Assembly (NCBI GenBank): GCA_041642355.1
Contig: JBEPWP010000001.1
Location: forward strand, 1 to 33,549
From: Fodinibius sp.
GTDB lineage: Bacteria > Bacteroidota > Rhodothermia > Balneolales > Balneolaceae
Reading direction: 5' to 3'
DNA: 33,549 bases
Shown here: positions 26,560-33,549 of the stretch, piece after piece
Numbering within the stretch: position 1 is the first letter of the stretch
Layout: each line of letters starts with the position of its first letter
The notes under the pieces: generated by a model
Seen by the model: the letters and a program-made list of their open reading frames with translations, nothing else
Database searches by the model: none
What the model was told of the DNA's origin: nothing
Program-made: the position numbers and the translations under genes

Positions 26560-27875
26560 AACGATTTCCCTTCTGCCAATGTAATGGCTAATTCTTTGTT
26601 TAATTGTCCTGTTAGTACGGCGATATTCAGATTTAGCGTTCTGAGCTGCGCACGCATGGCAAGCAGTTCTGCACGTACGCTGTTTAATTTTGATTCGGTC
26701 GTCAGCAGATCGGTTAGGGTAGAGCGCCCCTGTTTATAAGATTTGGATTCCATCCGATAGGTCTCTTCTAAATATTCAATACGAGTTTGGGTCGATTGAA
26801 TTCGTTTTTGTGCTTCAAGTTGAGCATTTGCCAGCTTGTTAAGCTGTTGCCGATATTGTTGACGCGTTTGCTCCAAGCGGATTTGCTGAGATTTTACCTC
26901 TTTCTTTTTGACTTGGTTATTAACGACTCTTTTACCAGCAAATAGTGGAATATTTAATCGTATGCCAACCATCCATTGGTCATCAATTTCAAAGTCACTT
27001 CCTGATCTAAACTGTTCGACAGCAAAGAGATTAAGTTGTGGCAAAAAAGCCCGGTATGATGCACGGGCTTCAAGATCGGATGCTTTCTTTTGTTCTTTTG
27101 CTACAGAAATACTCGGGATGTCCTCGGTTGAAACTTGATCGGGATTAAAGAGCACATCTTTTTTGAAACCAAGTAGCACAATATCATCCAAACTCAATGT
27201 ACTCTCTAGTCCTAAGTCGTCTGTTAATTTCCGTAAAAGCTGGTCAATATTATTTTCAGTTGATATAACAGCGGTTTCTGCTTCTACAATCGCATCTTCA
27301 ATTTTTAAAAGATCAACATTTGCTATTCGCCCTTCTTGGTAAAGCGCCTTTAGCTGTTCCTTATTTTTTTTGAGGGTCTGAATGCGTTCCTCTTGTACAG
27401 TTTTGAGTTCTTTTAGCTGCTGCAATTGAATATATGCCGATGTTGTTGACTCAATAGTTTCCATGCGAGCTAGCTCATATTTGATATTTGCCGCATCGGC
27501 CAGTGTTTTTGCTTTTTGACGTATTGCTCTACTTTCGCCAAAATCAAAAATTTCCCAGTCGGCCTGTATATTACCCTCATAAAGCTGATCATCAAGCGGA
27601 GGAAAAGCGCCTTGAGCTCGAATGGGAGTTACAATTTGGGGGTACTGTGAGCGGGTGTATGAAAAACTGCTGTTTATTTTTGGGATGTAGTCCGAAGAAA
27701 GTAGGCCACTTCCTTCTTCTGCAGCCTCTTTATCAGCTTTGGCAATTCGTGTATTTGTAGCATGTTCTAAGGATCGATCTATGGCCTCAGCTAGTGAGGT
27801 CGGTTTTTCCTGGGCAAAGGTAGCTGTTGTAAATCCGATAAATAACAACAGACCGCTAACAATTATGCGTAACAA
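26556..27875 (-). CDS. TolC-family outer membrane factor
   Basis: Signal peptide, YIPKI/FLPQLNL repeats, WEIFDFG, LNIPLF.G, Y..G...L.DLL. Confidence 0.9.
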   Translation of the reverse strand: MLRIIVSGLLLFIGFTTATFAQEKPTSLAEAIDRSLEHATNTRIAKADKEAAEEGSGLLSSDYIPKINSSFSYTRSQYPQIVTPIRAQGAFPPLDDQLYEGNIQADWEIFDFGESRAIRQKAKTLADAANIKYELARMETIESTTSAYIQLQQLKELKTVQEERIQTLKKNKEQLKALYQEGRIANVDLLKIEDAIVEAETAVISTENNIDQLLRKLTDDLGLESTLSLDDIVLLGFKKDVLFNPDQVSTEDIPSISVAKEQKKASDLEARASYRAFLPQLNLFAVEQFRSGSDFEIDDQWMVGIRLNIPLFAGKRVVNNQVKKKEVKSQQIRLEQTRQQYRQQLNKLANAQLEAQKRIQSTQTRIEYLEETYRMESKSYKQGRSTLTDLLTTESKLNSVRAELLAMRAQLRTLNLNIAVLTGQLNKELAITLAEGKSL

Positions 27876-27893
27876 TTTCTTTCTCCGTTAAAA

Positions 27894-27915
27894 GTGAGTA
27901 TTCACTCACAATATA
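27894..27915 (-). promoter_or_regulatory. Putative -10 element plus TetR operator upstream of the efflux operon
   Basis: Minus strand TATATT-GTGAGTGAATACTCAC; TTGATT lies 17 bp upstream of TATATT. Confidence 0.75.
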
Positions 27916-28033
27916 ATTTTATATTACTTCCTAATCAATACAAATAGCCTATATTTTTTCTTATGGAGTTAATAGCTTTAGTCTATCACTCCATAAAAAG
28001 GTTTAAATCTATTGTGAGAAATTTTTTCCGATG

Positions 28034-28540
28034 TTAGGTCAGTTGATGCATCAGGGGGACATCAGGGTATGTGGCCTGAGTCGGAATGTTTTCAACACTG
28101 CTCGTTTGATTTTTGGGATGAAAGATTTTGCCGCCTTGATAAGCGGTGTAAAGGAGTGTTCCCAGTGAGATTAAAGCTGAAATAGCCAGTATCCCAAAGA
28201 GCGTATTTTGCCATCGAATATTATATGAGAGAGCAAAAAATCCCACGGCACTTATTACGCCGGTTAAGATGGTAAACCAGAAGGCGATTTCAGCGGCCTC
28301 CTCGTGATCGTGAATGACATCGTGAGAAGCCACACTGAGTTCTTCTACAATATCTTCAGCGGCTTCGCCGGTTTCCATAGCTACGTAACTGCTTACGGCT
28401 CCGATCAAAAAGAAGACCAGGGCAATTTGCAGTATAGACGAATTTTTCTTCAGCAATCCCCATCCCAAAATAAGCAGGCCAAAGCCGACACTGAAAATGG
28501 GAATATGATTGGCTATAAGGTGTAGGTAATCAGCTTCCAT
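28034..28540 (-). CDS. His-containing 4-TM membrane protein (DUF2231-like)
   Basis: HLIANHIPI, TGE.AE, HDHEEAA, GGKIFH; last gene of the czc-type operon. Confidence 0.7.
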   Translation of the reverse strand: MEADYLHLIANHIPIFSVGFGLLILGWGLLKKNSSILQIALVFFLIGAVSSYVAMETGEAAEDIVEELSVASHDVIHDHEEAAEIAFWFTILTGVISAVGFFALSYNIRWQNTLFGILAISALISLGTLLYTAYQGGKIFHPKNQTSSVENIPTQATYPDVPLMHQLT

Positions 28541-28558
28541 AATAACTTCTGTTTTAGG

Positions 28559-31500
28559 TTAGAAAGGTTCTTCTTTAGCAACTAAATCTTTTCCTTTTTC
28601 CATCCAGTGATAGATGGTCGGTAATACTAACAGCGTGAGTAGCGTAGCTGTTACCAGTCCGCCCACAACGACCGAGGCTAACGGACGTTGTACCTCAGAT
28701 CCGGGACCGGTATTAAAAGCCATAGGGATGAACCCGAGGCTGGCCACAAGGGCGGTCATCAATACGGGACGCAGTCGGTCACTGGCTCCCTTGACAACGG
28801 CTTGTTTGAGATCCATGCCATCTTTTCGCAGGTCGTTGAGGTGAGCAACCAACACAATACCGTTCAGCACGGCTACACCGAACAAGGCTACAAAGCCAAT
28901 ACTGGCTGATACGGACAGGTAAAGACCACGCATCCAGAGGATAAACACACCGCCGGACAGGGCCATCGGCAGATTCAAGAATATAAGCATCGTAAAGCGT
29001 AACTTGCCGAACATCATGTAGAGCAGGCCGATGATAATTAAAAGTGATATAGGCACGACGATATAGAGGTGATTCATCGCCCGCTGCTGGTTTTCAAAAG
29101 TCCCGCCGTACTGGATAAAATAGCCGGCCGGAACATCTACATTTTCATTAATGGTTTCTTTTAGATTAGAAACGTACGAGCCGATATCGATCTCTTGTAT
29201 GTTGATGCCAAGAATGGCCCGTCGCCAGCCGTTTTCGCGTGATATTTCACGCGGACCTTCTTCGGCGTAGATATCAGCCACTTCTTTCAGTGGGATGTAG
29301 CCACCGTTGGGGAGCTGGATGGGCACTTCCATGATATCCTGGAAATTGCTTCTGAGATGTTCTGGCAATCGAACATTGATACCAAAGCGACGTTGTCCCT
29401 CAAAAATTTGCCCCGCCTCACTTCCGCCGATACCCGTGCCAATTACATGTTGGATATGATTGACGTTTAATCCATAGGAGGCCACAGCTTCGCGATCAAT
29501 TTCAATGTTGTAATAGGGCTGACCGCTGCTTTGTTCTAAATAATAGTTATCAGTGCCTTCAAGGTCTCCAAGCGTTTGGGAGATCCGCTGACCGACCGCT
29601 TGCAGGGTATCCAAATTTTCGCCGAAAATTTTAACGGCAATATCAGATTTAACGCCGCTGGTCAGCTCATCAACGCGCATGGCAATAGGCTGGGTGATGT
29701 TGTAGGAAAGCCCGGGTTCGGTTTCTAGGTAGGGACGTATTTCATCTACAATATCTTCTTTGGTGAGCCCGTCGCGCCATTCATCCCTTGGTTCGAGCAT
29801 TACCCACACGTCGGTTTGGTGAACGCCCATCCAGTCATTGGCCAAATCGGAGCGACCGGTTTTGGGGACGACCGTTTTAATTTCAGGGATATTTTGCGTG
29901 AGTTTGGCCGCCAGCCAGTCGGCATTTTCTACGGATTCATCCAGCGTTACCGAAGGCATGCGAACCTGTTCTACCAAAATGGAACCCTCATCGAGTTCGG
30001 GCAGAAATTCGGTACCGAGGTAGGGCATAAGCGCCATCGATATTCCAAAAATAACCACGGAGGTAGATACGATAACCCCTTTTTTGTTGAGACTCGCTTC
30101 CAGGAAGCGCTCATAGCGTGGTCGTAGCCAGTTGATTACATAATTCTTGCGGAGCTTTACACCATTTCTAAATACAAGTGCTGAGATTGCGGGTACGTAC
30201 ACCAGCGCCAGGATCAACGATCCAAAAACGGCCGTGGCAACCGTGATGGCCATGGGGCGATAGAGAATGCCTTCCATACCGCTGAATGTCATGACGGGCA
30301 CATAGACCATCAGGATAATAAGAACGCCAAAGAAAATGGGGCGTGCTACTTCGTGGGCGGCCTCCCGGATGATTTTCAGCCGTGATTTTTTGGATCGGTC
30401 ATCGTGCAGTTTATCAACGATATTTTCAACCATTACAACTGAGCCGTCAACGACCATACCAAAGTCAATGGCGCCAAGACTCATCAAGTTGGCGGCCAGG
30501 CCAACCTGCTCCATACCGATAAAAGCAAAAAGCATCGATAGGGGGATCACTGAAGCGACGATTAGAGCACCAGTTATTTCACCGAGCAAGAGCAATAGAA
30601 CAGCAATTACAAAAAATCCCCCTTCAACAAGGTTGGTGATGATCGTGTCGGTTGTACGGTCAACAAGATCAGACTGATCATAAAATTTTTCGATATAAAC
30701 GCCTTCCGGCAAGCTCTGGTTAACCTCGTCAATCTTTTCATCCATCGCGTTGATGACCTCCCGTCCATTTCCGCCGCGAAGCATCATCGCAATACCGGTG
30801 ACAATTTCTCCTTTACCGTCTTGGGTTACCGCACCCTGTCTCAACTGTTTTCCGATGGAAACGTTCGCTACATCTTTGACGTAGATCGGGCGTCCTTCAA
30901 GCTCCTCAACAATGATTTCTTCAATATCTTTGATATTGTTGATTTGGCCGAATCCACGGACGATGTATTGCTCGCGGTTGTGCTCCAGGTAGTTCCCTCC
31001 CGAAACGCTGTTGTTATTTTCGATGGCATCAGTCAGGTCTTTTAGCCCGATACCGAAATTTCTGAGCTTATCGGGATCAACAGCTACCTCGTATTGTTTC
31101 ACAAATCCGCCAAATGAATTTATCTCCGTAACACCCTTAACGGTTTTTAGCTGTGGCGCAATAAGCCAATCCTGGATGGTGCGGAGCTCGGTAAGTGAAT
31201 GATCATCACCGCGGACAACGTACTGTACAATTTCGCCAAGGGCAGTGGATATCGGTCCCAAATTCGGGGAAGAAACGCCTTCCGGTAGTTCATCGGAAAT
31301 ACTTTGTACTCGTTGGCTTACCAGCTGACGGGCAAAATAAATGTCGGTGCCTTCCTCAAACTCCACGGTTACTGCCGAGAGACCAAATTGAGAGATCGAT
31401 CGAACTTCTTTGACGTCGGGCAGTCCGTTCATGGAAGTCTCGATGGGGTAACTGACCAGCCGTTCCACATCATAAGGCGAATACTGGCCAGCCTTGGTAA

Positions 31501-31648
31501 TAACCAGCACCTGAACGGGGGTTACGTCGGGCTGAGAGTTAATGGGGATATTGGACAGCGAAAAGACGCCCGCTACCGCCATTAAAAGTGTCAGCGATAT
31601 TGCTACAAATTTCTGTTTTAAACTAAAATCAATGAGTCGGGTTAGCAT
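28559..31648 (-). CDS. CusA/CzcA heavy-metal RND permease
   Basis: PDVTPVQV, GPISTALGEI, ANLMSLGAIDFGMVVDGSVVMVEN, GFVALFGVAVLNG, RLRPVLMTALVASLGFIPMA, EVQRPLA. Confidence 0.95.
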   Translation of the reverse strand: MLTRLIDFSLKQKFVAISLTLLMAVAGVFSLSNIPINSQPDVTPVQVLVITKAGQYSPYDVERLVSYPIETSMNGLPDVKEVRSISQFGLSAVTVEFEEGTDIYFARQLVSQRVQSISDELPEGVSSPNLGPISTALGEIVQYVVRGDDHSLTELRTIQDWLIAPQLKTVKGVTEINSFGGFVKQYEVAVDPDKLRNFGIGLKDLTDAIENNNSVSGGNYLEHNREQYIVRGFGQINNIKDIEEIIVEELEGRPIYVKDVANVSIGKQLRQGAVTQDGKGEIVTGIAMMLRGGNGREVINAMDEKIDEVNQSLPEGVYIEKFYDQSDLVDRTTDTIITNLVEGGFFVIAVLLLLLGEITGALIVASVIPLSMLFAFIGMEQVGLAANLMSLGAIDFGMVVDGSVVMVENIVDKLHDDRSKKSRLKIIREAAHEVARPIFFGVLIILMVYVPVMTFSGMEGILYRPMAITVATAVFGSLILALVYVPAISALVFRNGVKLRKNYVINWLRPRYERFLEASLNKKGVIVSTSVVIFGISMALMPYLGTEFLPELDEGSILVEQVRMPSVTLDESVENADWLAAKLTQNIPEIKTVVPKTGRSDLANDWMGVHQTDVWVMLEPRDEWRDGLTKEDIVDEIRPYLETEPGLSYNITQPIAMRVDELTSGVKSDIAVKIFGENLDTLQAVGQRISQTLGDLEGTDNYYLEQSSGQPYYNIEIDREAVASYGLNVNHIQHVIGTGIGGSEAGQIFEGQRRFGINVRLPEHLRSNFQDIMEVPIQLPNGGYIPLKEVADIYAEEGPREISRENGWRRAILGINIQEIDIGSYVSNLKETINENVDVPAGYFIQYGGTFENQQRAMNHLYIVVPISLLIIIGLLYMMFGKLRFTMLIFLNLPMALSGGVFILWMRGLYLSVSASIGFVALFGVAVLNGIVLVAHLNDLRKDGMDLKQAVVKGASDRLRPVLMTALVASLGFIPMAFNTGPGSEVQRPLASVVVGGLVTATLLTLLVLPTIYHWMEKGKDLVAKEEPF

Positions 31649-31665
31649 GGTGAATATCCTGGATG

Positions 31666-32904
31666 TTAGTCAGCAAATTGTTCGAAGCGTTCGAGTGCTT
31701 TAAGGCTAAAAACCTGTGTGACTGCAATTTTTTCGCCGGGCTCTAAGCCGGATTCAATAATTGCATTTTCGGCGGTTGCGCGTCGTACGGTTACCGTCCG
31801 TTTTTCATATTCGAGCGGAGAATGCTGTACAAATACGGTTGCATCCGATTCCTCAAACTGTATAGCTGACATCGGAATGCTGATCGTTCCTTCTTCGCCC
31901 CCCGCGGTGTAAGTAAGGCGCACATTTTGTCCCACAATCGGCCAGTTGTTCTCAGTTTCTACAATGGAATTAAGCACAATCGATTTGTTAGCCTGATCGA
32001 GTGCAGGGTTAATCGACGTCACAGTTGTTTTTAACTGGGACATCGTCGTCGATTCTGAGCCTGATCGGTCGGTGATAAGGACGCTGTCCCCGGGCTGCAA
32101 AAAGGGCGCATCTGAAGCAGAAACAAAGCCACGCACCAGCACCTCTTTGTTGTCAATAATATCGAGCATCTCCTCGTAGGCATTGACCGATTCTCCCTGT
32201 TCGATCATGTGCTCATTGATGGTTCCCGTTATGGGAGCGTGGATAGTGAGCTGGGATTGTGGTTCCGACGTTTGGGGATCCCATTGATCAATGATATCAT
32301 CCGAAACGCCAATAGCGTGCAAGCGTGCGTGGGAGGCACTTAATTTTGTCTTGGCCATCTGCAGATCAGCCTGGGCCCGCTGTAGTGTTCTTTCGGGACT
32401 AATTTTTTCTTCAACCAGCACTTTTAGGCGATCAACCTGCTGTTGCTGGTAGGTTATTTCTGCGGATACCTCGAGGTAGTCGGCAATCAGGTTGGCAAAC
32501 TCAAGGCTCTCCAAATCCAGCAGCGGATCTCCTTCATTAACACGTTCCCCCTCGTGGGCATAAATTCTTGTCACGCGACCGTTTATGGGAGCACTTACTT
32601 TTGAGATATGTCCCGGCGCGGCAAAGACTTGTCCCGGCGCCTGAATGGTAAAAGACACCTGCGAGGGTTCAATCGTAACGGTTTGGATATTCAAATTTTC
32701 TGCCTGCTGCTCACTTAGCTGGATAGTTTTTGAGGCAGAGGATTCCGTAAGTGAGGGCGGCGGGCCGGGATCAGCGGTAGGGTTACTGTCGGATGAATCA
32801 CCCCCGCATCCCATAAAAAGGGCGGATGAAATCAGGAGGACGACTCCCAGTTTTGTGTATCGTTTGATGGTATCGGTTGATAAAAAAGTCATCATGTTGT
32901 CCAA
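31666..32904 (-). CDS. CzcB/CusB-type periplasmic adaptor (probable lipoprotein)
   Basis: LFMGC lipobox-like, VSAPINGRV....EG..V..G.PL, IHAPITGTI; start codon uncertain. Confidence 0.9.
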   Translation of the reverse strand: MDNMMTFLSTDTIKRYTKLGVVLLISSALFMGCGGDSSDSNPTADPGPPPSLTESSASKTIQLSEQQAENLNIQTVTIEPSQVSFTIQAPGQVFAAPGHISKVSAPINGRVTRIYAHEGERVNEGDPLLDLESLEFANLIADYLEVSAEITYQQQQVDRLKVLVEEKISPERTLQRAQADLQMAKTKLSASHARLHAIGVSDDIIDQWDPQTSEPQSQLTIHAPITGTINEHMIEQGESVNAYEEMLDIIDNKEVLVRGFVSASDAPFLQPGDSVLITDRSGSESTTMSQLKTTVTSINPALDQANKSIVLNSIVETENNWPIVGQNVRLTYTAGGEEGTISIPMSAIQFEESDATVFVQHSPLEYEKRTVTVRRATAENAIIESGLEPGEKIAVTQVFSLKALERFEQFAD

Positions 32905-32914
32905 TAATTACTTA

Positions 32915-33549
32915 TCAGTTGAATATGATATCAGTTTGCAGAAATTGTTCGAGTTCAATGATCCGCAGGTAGTAATCGCGGAGCGTTTTGTAATAAGCTT
33001 CCTGTGTTCTCAGGTAGGTGCGCTGGGCTTCGAGGAGCGTCAGCAGATCGAGTTCACCGTAGCGATATCCGCGCTGGGTCATATCCACCAGTTCTGATGA
33101 TCGTGCTTGTATCGATTCACGGAATCGCAGGATGTTAGCCCGGGTAGTTTGGTAGCTGTGCCAAGTCTGTTCAGCGCGTTTTTTTATTGAGAGCTGTTGC
33201 TCTTGAAGCTTCCAGTCCACTTCGCGTTTTTGAGCGTGGGCTTGCTTTACTTTTTGACTCTGATTCGCGCCAAACCAAAGCGGAATGCTAACGCCTACCT
33301 CAAATCCATAAAAGTCGTAATTGCTGCCAAAATCCTGGCGATAATAACTTACATTCAGATCAGGCAGGTAATTTGATTTAGCTGCTTTGGTAAAATATTC
33401 AGCAGCTTGTTGTTCCTGATTTATTTGACGCAGTTCGGGATGATTTTCGAGCTGACGCAACACTTCTTCCTGATCGATATCCACAGAAATGTAATGCAGC
33501 GTATCGGGGAAACTGATGTCATAGGTTTGATCTTCGGGATCCAGACCAA
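32915..33549 (-). CDS. CzcC/TolC-family outer membrane factor (3' part; start outside the window)
   Basis: YLPDLNVSY, GVSIPLWF, Y.YGELDLLTLLEAQRT; frame open to the window edge. Confidence 0.88.
   Translation of the reverse strand, partial: GLDPEDQTYDISFPDTLHYISVDIDQEEVLRQLENHPELRQINQEQQAAEYFTKAAKSNYLPDLNVSYYRQDFGSNYDFYGFEVGVSIPLWFGANQSQKVKQAHAQKREVDWKLQEQQLSIKKRAEQTWHSYQTTRANILRFRESIQARSSELVDMTQRGYRYGELDLLTLLEAQRTYLRTQEAYYKTLRDYYLRIIELEQFLQTDIIFN

Noticed and set aside
27961-27996. TTATGGAGT...ACTCCATAA hairpin as the czc operon terminator
   Set aside because: The hairpin is real but has no U-tract following it on either strand; function not supportable

Overview
Bacterial chromosomal window. 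The gene families and acidic proteins suggest a halophilic Balneolaceae or other Bacteroidota-related organism (inference, not a database result). Left part (1-13.1 kb): a tryptophanase-family gene divergent from an operon encoding an ADP-forming acyl-CoA synthetase, three heme-copper-oxidase-homology (HCOH/NnrS-like) membrane proteins, a group III truncated globin, a class II cytochrome c and small Cys proteins. Next come CopD-like, azurin, SufT/DUF59, DUF2249 and 7Fe ferredoxin genes, a RIC/YtfE-like protein lacking its His ligands and a SufR-like regulator. This reads as a nitrosative/low-oxygen metal-cofactor cluster with no canonical NO or N2O reductase in the window. It contains an osmC pseudogene and an NnrS-like gene split by a 1.6 kb insert whose ends resemble the two halves of a tmRNA 3' end. 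Middle (13.2-18.5 kb): ferritin-like gene, prpD fragment, frameshifted thioesterase, DUF488, triple DUF2249, a phosphoribosyltransferase and pncB. Right: an OprC-like copper TonB-dependent receptor, then TetR with an RND efflux operon, and a CzcCBA/CusCBA-type system. Most striking signal: the receptor is preceded by a Cys-rich leader ORF ending in IFHPPRLRA, and the leader's stop-codon region base-pairs with the receptor's start codon, a candidate copper-sensing ribosome-stalling switch. An 18-bp operator-like palindrome occurs upstream of both this leader and the globin/HCOH operon 21 kb away.
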